64,000 nucleotides of DNA. Source: Schmidtea polychroa. Its lineage: Eukaryota. This document shows, one piece after another, positions 40,411 through 52,309 of the stretch (the stretch's first letter is position 1; every line of letters begins with the position of its first letter). The position numbers and the translations under genes are program-made. Where the stretch lies: NCBI GenBank assembly GCA_044892525.1, contig CM097885.1, positions 42,224,001-42,288,000 of the forward strand, in the 5' to 3' direction. The notes under the pieces are model-generated. The model was given only the letters and a program-made list of their open reading frames with translations, did not search any database and was not told the origin of the DNA.

Positions 40411-41974
40411 ATTTTTTTTTAGATTAGTATACCTTTATAAATTATATTTTTAAATTTATAGTTAATAATTTACATTTTGAAGAGATTAAGTTTATAATTT
40501 ATATTTTTAGGATCAATTATAATTTATAACATAAATTTAGAATATATATTTTTACTAATAATTTATGGTGTAACATGATAATACAAACTCGCAATTTATA
40601 TTTTTACTAATAACTTTAGGATATAATTTATAATATTAATTTATAATTCATATTTTTACCAATGATTTTACGATATAATTTAAGTAATATGACTTGTGAT
40701 TTATACTTTCTGTAAGTTGTGATTTATAATTTATGGGTCGAGTAGACTCCCACTTTATTTTTTATATATAATTGTAAGTTATAATTTATAATTTATCTAA
40801 TTTATACTTTATAGTTTGTGATTAAAGTAGACTTTTAATTTATATTTTATATATAAAGTTTGGAGTAAAGTTAGTGAAAATCAATAACATAGAAACGTGA
40901 TTGATAAACAAAATTTATAATTTATATAAATTCAAGTTATAATTTATCATTCATCTCATTTATACTTTATAGTCTATGATTAGAGTAGACTTTTAATTTA
41001 TATTTTATATATAATTTCAAGTTATAATTTATAATTTAGCTAATTTATACTTTACAATTTATGATTGAAGAAGACTTTTAATTTATACTTAATATATAAA
41101 TTCAAGTTATGATTTATAATTTATCGAATAAATCATTTGTATTTTTATATAAGATTCCAGTAGTATATAGTAAGGACTCCAGCGCACTTTCAAGGTCATG
41201 GAATATCAAGATCAAATATAGACCAATCGAATCATTTATTTTTTAAATTAACATTTTATTTAATTACTTTTTTTTTTAATTTTTTCTTTTTAATTTTATT
41301 AATTAATTAGTTTATTAATATTTTATTTTAATTACTTACGTTATTTAATTATTATTATTATTATTATTATTATTATTTTTACTATTATTTTTTTTTAAAT
41401 TTATTAATTTATTTTTTAATTTAAATTTTATTTAATTACTTTTATTTATTTTTTTTTCTTTTTAATTTTCTTAATTAATTATTTTATTATGTTTTTATTT
41501 TAGTTACTTACTTTAGTTAATTTTTAATTTATTACATTTAATTAAATAATTAGTTTATTAATATTTTATTTTAATTACTAACGTTATTTAATTATTATTA
41601 TTATTATTTATTTTATTTATTTATTTTTTATTTTACATTTACATTATATTCTAACAAGAGCGTAAATTATAACAATAATATTTCAATTTGAATAAAATTT
41701 TAATTAGTAATTATTCAATTTGAATAAAATTTTAATTTGAAATTATTTAATTTATTATAAAATAAAACGCTGAGTTAATTTTAGATAAACCGGATATTAA
41801 TTTTTCGGAAAAAATAAATAAATAAATAAAATAAACACAAAAATAATATTTCTTACTTGAAACTAATTATCTTAATTAATTGGACAAATGAATAATTAAA
41901 TGATAAAACACATTTTAATTAACTAAGTCAAATAATTCACAATATATATTTTATTATTCACATAAATTTCATTG

Positions 41975-44900
41975 TTAAAGTGCTTGTTTCGATCTGCATT
42001 CATTTCTAGACATAGCAGTTGCAATATGCATTTGACGAATCTTATAATGACCGTAGGCATAGCTTTCATTACAATTGTACCAATACCTTTTATCGTCCAA
42101 ACATTGGATAGCTCGTTTTTCTGTAATGAAAGTATACAACTGATGATTAACACTTCCTATTCTCTTTTGTTGGATGCTCACTGTTCCACCATCAGTATAC
42201 ACTTTTTTATAGGCTTCATGGGTGATATTAGAATTTGTAAGTCTTATTCCTTTGGCTTTTAGAGTGTTTTTATCGCCTTGGAGTGAGTAACACTTGGGAC
42301 GAAGAAACACCCATTCTTTATATTGATTTCCTTTATTCTCATCCTTGAATTTCCCGATTACAGAACAAATTTTATCTGAGAACAATGGATCAGCCACTGG
42401 ATAATTTGAAGTATCTAGAAGCCCATCTTCAATCATTTTTGGATATAGTTGTAAGCGTAAATCAACATTTTTACACTCTAAAAAGAAGGAATCTGTGTCA
42501 CCAGCTACGATATTAATTTGACAATTGAATTCTTCTCTATAACTCTGTAGTTCTTTATATTGAAACTGGTACATGCAAAGTTTAGATAAATCAAGTACGG
42601 TTTGTCCAATATACATTGGTCTATCTAAACACACAATTTCCTTATTGAGTATAACAGCAATGAGATCATCCGCAATCTTGATGCTACGACGAAACATAGG
42701 ATGACTACAATAAGTTATCAATCTTTTGCTTTTGCTGCATAATCTCAAATTTATACGTTTCTTCAAGTTTTCCACAGTTTTACCGTATAAACTGTTGTTC
42801 TTTAACTTATAATAATCTCGCTGAAACGAATCCGTACTAGCTGCTCTCATTTTGGTATTGTAATCAATATATCCTTTGAAAATAGCCACTTGTTTGAATT
42901 CTACAGCACGATTAAATTTTGTGACTTTTGCGCCGTAACTCAACCACTCTGTCAAAACTCTACCATTAACTACATAGTTTTTCTTAGGCTCATGAGTTAA
43001 CAACAGCTTTTCAACTTTACTACCAGGTGGATAACAAAGCTCAGGAGCTATAGGTAAATCATCTAGTTTATCTTGTATACTATCAGGAATGACGATGTCA
43101 ACCTCTAGAACATATCCACGATCTCCATCAAACTCATCCCCATTTGCACATCTTTCAACAATACCATTCATTTCAGTCTGATCTTCTAACCATCTAAATT
43201 CCCCAACAGGAAGTTTTTGCGACAGCGCCCATCCATATAAATTATTAACATCTAGGTATGACATTTGTGTGGATTCATCAGCTTCAACATGATGTTTGTT
43301 GATAAATGTCATTCCACCACGAATACCAGCTTCAAATAAACGGTAAAGCTCTGGATCTTGAATAAGTTCTATCGGTTCAGCTAATTGTTTAATAGCTGAT
43401 GCCCAACTTAATCCGGGTATGGAGACAAACGACAGAGCCTCAAGTCCATCTTCGTCAAATGTTTTTTCTCTGAAAGCTTCAAAAACATCGGCCAACAGAA
43501 AAACATCCAGCTTGAGATATACTAGCATGTAATCTAGCAGTGTCTCACAGTTGTATTGTTGCCAGATTCGATTTGCATGTATATAATCTTCTTGACTAAC
43601 TCCCTCCCAAATTGGTGGTAATTCTGTTATTGACTGTAAAACATCCATTGATGTAGACATATCATAAGGAAAAATGGTTTTACAAGTCATCATCTGTGAT
43701 TCGAAAACATCTGAGGTCAGTGGAAGACATGGTAAATTTTTTGATAAATTTGCCAAGCTGCTATTTAAAAATTGTAAAGAATCAATGAATCTAATTCTTC
43801 TGCCTTTCGATGTCGCTGTAAGTGTGAGAAACTTTTCTGTTGATTGAGGAATAACATTTAAATTCCAATCGGGGAATTTTCCAATTGCATATTTTAATAT
43901 ATGATGAATGTCATATACACGAAGATTATGAAATACAACAGGTAAAGACGGATTGATTCTTCTAGCCAAATTACAATCTTGACACGCTGCTTCGAGATAT
44001 TGACCAGTAAAATGATCATGATCTCGAACAGGTATATTGATAATCTTTTTACAAAGGTAGCAATGAGTTTGGTTTGTGAATTCTTCCTGCTGTTCCCAAG
44101 TGAGTTCCATCATTTCCTTTGATCCATTAATTTTATACCACGGATAAACTATGTCTGTAGCTATATCATCCAATGCTTGTATAAACTGAATGATACAGTT
44201 TTTCCCAACAAATGTTTCATTTCGGATCAGTCAACCTTGATGAAGAAGCACAAATTCAGATGCAATCGGCTCATGTTTTTGAAAGTGCTTGTCATCTAGA
44301 GGTAATATCGATTCAAAGTCCGCGTAGACAACAAACTGCTGTTTTATAGTTTTACTCCAGTCTTTAAATTCGATATATTTATTCTCTGGCATTGAGTATA
44401 GAGTCGTCCGCTCCACATTCTTCCTACAAAGACCTATATGTCTTTCAAAGGCAGGACGTTTTTGAAACCCATGAAGACATGTATGACACCATTGTGATTG
44501 GATTCTGACTCATTCTACTTTATCTCTGTAATTCAGCAGTCGATCGAGATTAGTTACAGCCAAAAACTGATAATTTAATTCTAAAATTTAGTTAATATTT
44601 TTAATGATTAAGGAAATAATACCTTCTTCAATCAATAAGAGATATATCTGAGATCCCGTCGAAGTACTTCTATATACCAAGTCAACGAACGGATTCTTGA
44701 AAATATCATTAGTTTTTTGTTTAATTGGATCTTTATTATATTTGAGAACATTGATCGCTAGATTTGGATTCATTGCTTCAAATTGGCAAATGTTAACCAA
44801 CTTCATCGGAAGCCATTCAAATTTCCATTTTAAGTCTTTAAAACAAAATTCAATGATTTATGACATTTATAAATATATATATTACCACTTAAGTTATATT

Positions 44901-45385
44901 TTGTTGTTCTTTCTCTGTCCCGACGTATATCATCATAACGTAACACGGCTAGTATGCTATATAAAAAACAGAATTTATCATTGTTTTGAACATTAACTAA
45001 AGCCTGACAGTTTTTCAGGTAATTTGGCGTTTTATTGTAACTTGAACCTAAGTAAATATCTTGATTTATATATATAATAATGTAAATAAACTTACCAGAT
45101 ACATGTATTATGTCTGATAATTTAGTTAAAATCATAGTAACTTCTAATATTTTATGAATTCTCCAACCACTACTTTGTTGAGTGTATTTCTCCAACTTTT
45201 CTTTTAATTTTTCAATTCCATCATTAATAAATGAATATGACATTGTAATTGCTTTATTTGACAAACACCATTTTTTTAATTTCACCATCCTCTTTGATAA
45301 ACTCTGCACAAAGTCCAAATTGGATTTTTACTGTCCCCATTCGTTGAATATGATCTTTTGATTCTTTGATGAGACAATCTGTCAT
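41975..45385 (-). pseudogene. Protein-primed family B DNA polymerase, spliced (3 introns), disrupted
   Basis: Motifs RDHDHFTG, HNLRVYD, RFIDSLQF, YLDVNNLYGWA, KLKNNSLYGK, AGDTDSF, LRPKCYS. Exons 45385-45096, 45047-44886, 44835-44623 and 44580-41975. One poly-A frameshift near 45275 and TGA stops at 44510-44512 and 44231-44233. Confidence 0.9.
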
Positions 45386-45432
45386 TTTTTTAAATTTTAT
45401 ATTTATAAAATTCTAAATTTTTATTATAAAAA

Positions 45433-46721
45433 ATGAATAATATAAATCTCGAGATTTCAGAAAAAAATAAATTAAATCTTGATTACAATAAAGAATTTAT
45501 GCATGAAATAAAAAAAATTGATATTTTAAAAATATCACCAACTTCGGGATCTATTGCAAACTTAAATCGTAGGGGTGATATAGTTTTTCAATCTCTTCAA
45601 ACATCAAACCCTATAGATATTTGTAATGCTAAATTATATTATAAAATTGAATTAGAAATTGAAGCAAACAAAGATATAACTCTAGAAAACAATTTCTTCC
45701 CAAATTTATTCTCCAACATGAGATTAAAACTAGGATCATCAGAAATTGAAACTGTTTTACATCCAGGGGTATATTCTACAATGTTAAATTTTATATTAAC
45801 TGGTTGTGATTATAAAAATGAATATGGTGAATTAACAGGTTGGATCCCTGATGTTAATAAAGGTGATTTAGATAAAGATGGTTTAGATATAAATTATGGT
45901 TACCATAAAAGAGTTGAACTTTATAAATCTAAAAAATTTGAAGGTTATTTTGAATTAAAACACTTATTTGGATTCCTTCAAAACTATAAGCGTATACTTC
46001 ATAATGTTTTTATAGAATTAACCTGTAATAGAATAGAAGGTGATAAAAATTTGTTCTATGGAGGTGCAGATACAAAAGCTAAATTAAAAATATCAACACT
46101 TGAATTACATATACCTGAATGGACATTAAATCCTCAATCTGAAATCAAACTCCTTGAAAAATTAAATTCCAACAAATCTATAAATGTAAATTATTTAAAT
46201 AGAATCTGTAGTGAATTTAGTATGACAGAGGGTTCAACATATTCTATAAAGGTAGCAAATTTAGCATACCGACCGAGATATATCTTAATTGGATTCAAAG
46301 AAACAGATTCATCTTTCCAAAAAAATAACAACTTGTTTATTCAAAAGATTGGAGATGATAATTTAAAATCAATCCAAATTCAATTAAATAGTTCTTATTA
46401 TCCAATAAATAGAATGGAATTTAATATTGAAAATAATGAAAACATATTCCCATATCTAAATTATATTGATGTTATGATTTTAAAGTTAAACCACAATTAA
46501 GTTTAGAAGATTTCAAAAATTTATATTCTATATTTTGTATAAATGTTTCAGATCAAGATGATCGTCTAGCTATAAATAATGTTGATGTTACACTTCATGT
46601 AACAAAGGATTCTAATTTTAAAGCTAAAGTATATACATTAATATTAGAAGAAAAGAAAATAGAAATGAAATTATATGGTGGAAAGATTTCAATAATTGAA
46701 AATGTACGGGGTAATTTATAG
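45433..46721 (+). pseudogene. Major capsid protein (double jelly-roll, hexon-like), one frameshift near 46473
   Basis: ORF 45433-46500 (ENNFFPNLFS, LKHLFGFL, RPRYILIGF, QLNSSYYP) continues in another frame as PQLSLEDFKNLYSIFCINVS to TAG at 46721. Confidence 0.8.
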
Positions 46722-46729
46722 TTTTTAAA

Positions 46730-48075
46730 ATGTCTTATTGGAAATGTGAAATTTGTAATTGTCAAGTTAGAAAACATCATAAAGCAAGTCATGTTAAAAC
46801 TAAAAAACATACATCTCGAATTGGAGGAGATCTTCAATCTTCAAAAACAACATCTTCAATATTAAAACCCTTTACTACTGAAAAATATTCAGGTGAAAGA
46901 CATTTATTCCATCACAACTATACTGGACCTGGAACCCGTCTAGATATTAGACTTGATGAAAATAATAATCCTAAACCTGGAGAAGAACCAATAAATAGAA
47001 TTTATCAAGCAGCTTTAAAACATGATATTGCTTACAATTCTGAAGACCTTAGGGATAGACACCTTGCAGATGTTAATTTAATACATGATTTAAATAATAT
47101 AGAAAATCCATCAACCCAAGAAAAGATTCAAAGAGCTCTAGTTAAATTAGCAATGAAAGGTAAGATCTTCTTTGGAGCTGGACACCCTAGAATAGCAAAA
47201 GATGTTGCCAACAAAAAGATTATTCAACAAGCAGGGATTGAGAATCAACTCGAGAGTGCATCCAAGACTAGTTTATTATTCCCAACAGAATCACAAATAA
47301 AATATGCCAATGAATTACACCATGAATTTAGAAAATATAAAAAATATTTAAAAGTTCAAGTACATGGTCTGCTGATTTAGTCTTTATGCCAACCAAATCA
47401 TCAGACCCTGAAAAATATAAAATAATTTTAAAAGTAATAGATTTATATACAAGATTTGCTTTTGCAAGATGTTTAGAAAGCAAAACAGGATATTCAATTA
47501 CAGAAGCATTTGAAAATATATTTGAAGAACATCAAAGAATTCCAAAATATTTATGGTGTGATAAAGGAACAGAATTTTATAACAAAGTTTTTACAAAGTT
47601 TTTAAATGAAAATGATATTAAATTATATTCAACAGAAAACGAAGGAGAAGCAGTCGTAGTTGAAAGATTAAATAGAACATTAAAAAATAAAATGTGGAAA
47701 TATTTTACTGCTATTGGAAAACAAAAATGGAACAATGAATTGTTACAAAAGATTGTAAATGAATATAATAATGATGTATATAGTTCTATAAAATCAACAC
47801 CTTTAAATGCTTCCTTGAATCCTTTAAAACTTATAAATCCTGAAACCGCTAAAGTGGTAAATGAAAAACCAAAGTTTAAAATTGGTGACCGAGTAAGAAT
47901 ATTTAAATATAAAAATAAATTTGAAAAAGGATTCACAGCAAAATGGACAAATGAAATTTTTATTATAAATAAAATACATTATACAATTCCAATAACATAT
48001 AGCATCATTGATTTAAATAATGAAAAAATATTAGGAAGATTTTATAATAATGAACTACAGAAATCAAGCTTTTAA
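46730..48075 (+). pseudogene. C2H2-like zinc finger + parvovirus-type PLA2 + retroviral-type integrase (one gene split by a small deletion)
   Basis: CEIC..H..KKH; YTGPG..AALKHDIAY; ANELH..VHG/WSADL..VIDLYTR..LWCDKGTEF..VERLNRTLK; C-terminal KFKIGDRVRI. Confidence 0.85.
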
Positions 48076-48857
48076 AATAAACATTTCCATATTTCACCTT
48101 CTTCTCTATCCAAATAAATATAATTATATTTTTCTTTCCAATGATTATCTACAAACATATCAAACATACTCTTATCAGGTTCAACATTTGAAAATAAATC
48201 CCTATAAATCATATTCTTATCACGCTTTTCCAATTTAAAAAATATAAAACAATTAGAATTATTTCTTATAGAGTTTTTATCTAAAGCATAATAAGTTTGA
48301 GATATATAAATAACATTACAATTATTATGTCGACCTCGTCTAAAGTAACTCTTTTGAATCTCTTGGTTTTTCATATTAACAACATCATCAAATATAACTA
48401 AATTCTTTTTATCTTTAGGAAGTAAATCACAATGTAAAACATCTTCGGGTTTATTAGAGAATAAAACTTGAATCCCATCATCCTCATAAATGTAATCATT
48501 TTTATTATCAATATCTGATTCTAAAATCTTTTCCTTGTACCAATCAACCATATCACAAGGTTGAAAAACCTCATCAGGACATCTATGTTGATTTTTAAAA
48601 ATATCAATTATAGCTTTTTTAGTTAATTTATTTTCAAATCCACATTTCAAAAGTTGTAACTCTGGTTGATTTATGGTTGTAGAATAAAAGATTAAATTAT
48701 TATAATCTAAAAACCCTTCTTCTAGTAATATTCTCAAAAGAAGTACATTCTTTCCACAACCTGAAGACCCAACGATTAATAATCTAAAATTATCAGGAAA
48801 TAATTTATTATTAAATTTACTCCTGTGTCGAGTTAAAATTGGTTTCCAAGCATCCAT
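48072..48857 (-). CDS. A32/FtsK-like packaging ATPase
   Basis: Walker A GSSGCGK(N), Walker B LVIFDD, RGRHNN motif, ISQTYY. Confidence 0.9.
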   Translation of the reverse strand: MDAWKPILTRHRSKFNNKLFPDNFRLLIVGSSGCGKNVLLLRILLEEGFLDYNNLIFYSTTINQPELQLLKCGFENKLTKKAIIDIFKNQHRCPDEVFQPCDMVDWYKEKILESDIDNKNDYIYEDDGIQVLFSNKPEDVLHCDLLPKDKKNLVIFDDVVNMKNQEIQKSYFRRGRHNNCNVIYISQTYYALDKNSIRNNSNCFIFFKLEKRDKNMIYRDLFSNVEPDKSMFDMFVDNHWKEKYNYIYLDREEGEIWKCLF

Positions 48858-48872
48858 TTTTTAATATTAAAA

Positions 48873-49450
48873 ATGACAACTGAAGAATCTTTAAAGGAAT
48901 TAATAAATTCAAATAAAAATAAATCAGTAGTAATTGATGGAAAAAAATATTTTATTGGAAAACATGTAAAAGAACAGGTTAAAAAGCATATGGAGTCTTC
49001 GACTAAGAAAGGAGGTATTCTTCCTCTAATGGCTTTAATACCTGCAATCATTGCAGGTTTATCAGGTGCAGCTGGAATAGCTGGAGGAATTGCAACTACA
49101 GTTCAAAAAGCTAAAGAATCTCAAAAGACAGACTTGGAAAAAGAAAAAATACAAACTGAAATCGATTCAATGAAAAAAGGTAAGGGTTTATATCTCAATC
49201 CATAAAAGGTCGAGGTTTATATCTCGATCCATATAAAGGTAGAGGTTTAAATGATTTTTTAAAAAATCAAATTTCTACATCTGAATCTTTATCTTCAAAA
49301 GATAAAGATGATTTAAAAAAAATGTGTAAATCTTTAAAGAAAGGATGCCTTTGTAAACTTAAAAAAGGTAAAGGTTTATATTTTCAACTTGTTGAATCCG
49401 AAGAGTCCGAAGGTCAAATGTCCGAAGGTCAAATAGAAGAAGAATGGTAA
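48873..49450 (+). pseudogene. pX/mu-like core protein with KGxGLYL repeats (1-nt frameshift at about 49204)
   Basis: KKGGILPLMALIPAIIAGLSGAAGIA resembles the adenoviral pX hydrophobic motif. The frame is restored from 49208 to TAA at 49450. Confidence 0.7.
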
Positions 49451-49451
49451 A

Positions 49452-50279
49452 TTGATGGTATATAAAATGGTATATGAAGAAAGATTAGCACTTTTAAAAA
49501 AATTACAATCAGAACAAGACAAGTATAATATAAAAGATACGACTCAACGCTCTGAATCTTTAGCATTAAATGCTACAATGACTCAACAACAAAAACCAAT
49601 AATTAAAGCTATAGAAGCCATAAAGACTGAAGCTATAGAAGGACCAAGTATTAAAGCCATAGAAGGACCAACCACCGAAAGGAATCAAAGAAAACGTAGA
49701 AAACTCTCAGGTGTGGAAGAAGAAATACTTTCAAATACAAAACCTCTTAAAGTTGATCCTAAAATTAGAGAGGGTTTATCTGATTCAATTAAACCTATAT
49801 TTAATATTAATCCTGAAGGATATCAAATTATAACAATTAATAAACAAAACTTTACTTTATATATAACTCCAGAAAATAAATCACATATTCATTCTCAAAA
49901 TGTTTATAATAATGAATATTTAGACTTTGAATTTACAGATGATTTTTATAGATTAATTTGTGGATATCCTTCAGATGATGTTGAAGAAATTAAAAAATAT
50001 TTAAATTTTATAAAATTAATAAATGGTAGTCCAAAAGCAAAACATATTCAAGATTTAAAGAATTATTTAAATAAAAATGAAAGGGGCTATATTGTTAAAG
50101 AAGGCTTCGGAACGACCTTCGGAACGGATCCAATCTCTAAGTTTATAGAATTGAGAAAACTATTAGCAGCTAAAAAAGCAGGACATAATAATTTAGATTC
50201 TGATATTTTAAAGATTTCAAAAGATTTATTTAAGCAAGGAATGCTTTCAAAAAGTAAATTTAATAAATATATAAAATGA
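49452..50279 (+). CDS. Conserved Polinton protein of unknown function
   Basis: Intact ORF between the pX-like gene and the protease. The C-terminal LRKLLAAKKAGHNNL..I..DLFKQG resembles the AGN motif of Maverick structural ORFs. Confidence 0.65.
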   Translation: MMVYKMVYEERLALLKKLQSEQDKYNIKDTTQRSESLALNATMTQQQKPIIKAIEAIKTEAIEGPSIKAIEGPTTERNQRKRRKLSGVEEEILSNTKPLKVDPKIREGLSDSIKPIFNINPEGYQIITINKQNFTLYITPENKSHIHSQNVYNNEYLDFEFTDDFYRLICGYPSDDVEEIKKYLNFIKLINGSPKAKHIQDLKNYLNKNERGYIVKEGFGTTFGTDPISKFIELRKLLAAKKAGHNNLDSDILKISKDLFKQGMLSKSKFNKYIK

Positions 50280-50752
50280 AGGTCGTCCCGAGTATATTGG
50301 ATTTTTTAAAAACATTTGGAATAAATGCAAAAACAAATTTTGATTTAAAAGATTATGCAGATTATTTAAATTTAAAAATTAAAATATTAATGAATGATGA
50401 ATTGTCAAGTCTGAAGGGTTCGAAGGATAATATAATAATAAATTATCAAGATTCAAATGAAAAAGGATCTCATTGGGTTTGTATATATATCGATGAAGGA
50501 GTCCCTTTATACTTTGATTCTTTTGGGATTAAACCCACTAAAGAAGTAGAAGACTATCTTGAAAAAGGCTACACTTTAAATTCTTTACAAGTTCAACCTA
50601 ATAATACTAAAATATGTGGGGTTTTAGGTTTATATGTTTTGTATAGATTGACAGCGTCCAAGGGGACTGTGTCCAAGGGGACTGTGTCCAAGGGGACAGA
50701 GTTCAAGGGGATAATCCAAGAAATTTATAATGATTTAAAACCTCTATTATAA
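50276..50752 (+). CDS. Adenain-like cysteine protease
   Basis: GSHWVCIY, YFDSFG, QVQ..ICG (H-D-Q-C catalytic residues). Confidence 0.92.
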   Translation: MKVVPSILDFLKTFGINAKTNFDLKDYADYLNLKIKILMNDELSSLKGSKDNIIINYQDSNEKGSHWVCIYIDEGVPLYFDSFGIKPTKEVEDYLEKGYTLNSLQVQPNNTKICGVLGLYVLYRLTASKGTVSKGTVSKGTEFKGIIQEIYNDLKPLL

Positions 50753-50754
50753 AA

Positions 50755-51507
50755 ATGGAAGATAATTTAAAAAAAATGGTAAACATAATGTCAGATAAAT
50801 ATTCAAGAAGTTTATTAATAAATTCAAATGAATCAGATTTTAGTATAAATTTTGAAGATTCAATAAATTTAGATCAAAATTTAAATTATGAATTAGGACT
50901 CTTGTGGTTTAGCTGTTTTAATACTATTTTTAATATAAATATTAATAATAATAAATTTTATATATTTACGAGGGAGATGAAATATACTAGATTTGAAGAC
51001 CGCGAGACTAAAACAATCGAACCAGGAGCATATGAATTAATAGATTTAGCTAAAGCAATTCTAAAAGAAACAAATGGAGCTGTAGAAATAAAAGTAGATG
51101 TTCAAACTTCAAAATGTATTGCAACTTTAAAAAATGTTGGACTTGATGTTAGAGCTTCTAGTTTCTTTCATACTATTTTAGGTTTTGATGTCGGAGAATA
51201 TAGACAATCACCTATTAAATCTAAAAATATTATACAAATAACAAATACAAATTCTATAAATATAGAGTGTGATTGTATAATGGGTTCATATAATAATGGT
51301 AAACATGCAAATATTTTATATTCCTTTCCTTCTAACATTGTTCGAGTTGGATATAAAATGGTTGAAAGAATGAATCCTCCAAATTATTTACCTTTATGTA
51401 GAAAAAACTTGATGAGTATTCATTTTAAAATTGTTGATGAAAATGGAGAATTAATTAATTTCAATGGAGAAAAGATTTCAATGTGTTTACATTTGAAACA
51501 AGTTTAG
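50755..51507 (+). CDS. Minor capsid protein (penton-like)
   Basis: IEPGAYEL, ILGF, SINIECDCIMGSY.NG..ILYSF, PNYLP, VDENGELINFNGE..LHLK. Confidence 0.85.
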   Translation: MEDNLKKMVNIMSDKYSRSLLINSNESDFSINFEDSINLDQNLNYELGLLWFSCFNTIFNININNNKFYIFTREMKYTRFEDRETKTIEPGAYELIDLAKAILKETNGAVEIKVDVQTSKCIATLKNVGLDVRASSFFHTILGFDVGEYRQSPIKSKNIIQITNTNSINIECDCIMGSYNNGKHANILYSFPSNIVRVGYKMVERMNPPNYLPLCRKNLMSIHFKIVDENGELINFNGEKISMCLHLKQV

Positions 51508-51516
51508 ACTATAAAA

Positions 51517-52227
51517 ATGAATTATAATAAATTAGGATTATATAATGATGGATTAAAAGATGAAGATGTTATAAACCTTACAGAAAAAAGATTTGTTAAT
51601 GAAGTAGGAGATTCAATGAAGGGAGATTTAAATTTAAATGCTCACAAGATAAAAGATTTAGGTCCTCCGATTAATGATTTTGATGCAACTAATAAAAAAT
51701 ATGTAGATGAAAAGCTTAAAAATTATACTGAATCAAAGCTTAATAATATCGAACAACGATTAGCTGAAGAAACTCAAAGGTTAACTGACACAATATCAAT
51801 TTTAAAAAATAAAAGACTTATGCATAAAAAACTTATGGATAATAAAATTAATACAATATATAATATAATAAATGAGATGATTGCATCATTTAATGTAAGA
51901 CTTGTTAAATTAGAGTCTCATACAACACACATTAACACAACACACACTATTAGAAAAAGAGCTGCTGAATTAGAACAGAATAAAACTTTATTACCCCATA
52001 CATATAAACATTTTATAGAACCAACTTTAATAACAACAAATAGTAAAGAATGGTCTTGTTTTATGGTTGTAAAGATTATTGATCCTTATTTCTTTTTATT
52101 TACTGATGATGGTGAAACAATGAAATGGTTTGTAAAATGTGATTATAATAGTATGTTTGAAAAGGATGAAGTTATAATAACTGGTTATGATTTACCACAT
52201 GGACATTGGCATGATAATACTGAGTAG
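51517..52227 (+). CDS. Fibre/spike-like protein, truncated by an insertion at 52223
   Basis: GDSMKGDLNL..KIKDLGPP..DATNKKYVD fibre-type motif followed by a coiled coil. The stop codon is supplied by the incoming AGTAG. Confidence 0.6.
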   Translation: MNYNKLGLYNDGLKDEDVINLTEKRFVNEVGDSMKGDLNLNAHKIKDLGPPINDFDATNKKYVDEKLKNYTESKLNNIEQRLAEETQRLTDTISILKNKRLMHKKLMDNKINTIYNIINEMIASFNVRLVKLESHTTHINTTHTIRKRAAELEQNKTLLPHTYKHFIEPTLITTNSKEWSCFMVVKIIDPYFFLFTDDGETMKWFVKCDYNSMFEKDEVIITGYDLPHGHWHDNTE

Positions 52228-52309
52228 TAGGATGTGTCCCCTCCAGACCAGGTCCCCTCCAGACCACATATACCCCCTCCCCCCCCCGGGAAAAAAAAAT
52301 TTTTTTTTT

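Larger units (their letters stand above)
41159..52222. mobile_element. Endogenous Polinton/Maverick (adintovirus-type); right end interrupted
   Basis: AGTAGT terminus at 41159 followed by a TCAAGGTCA motif. Core gene set: pPolB, MCP, integrase, ATPase, protease, penton. Confidence 0.95.

Noticed and set aside
41923..49051. Antisense and overlapping ORFs within the Polinton (e.g. 41972-42262, 46595-46837, 47577-47936)
   Set aside because: They are shadow ORFs of the real genes on the opposite strand or frame.
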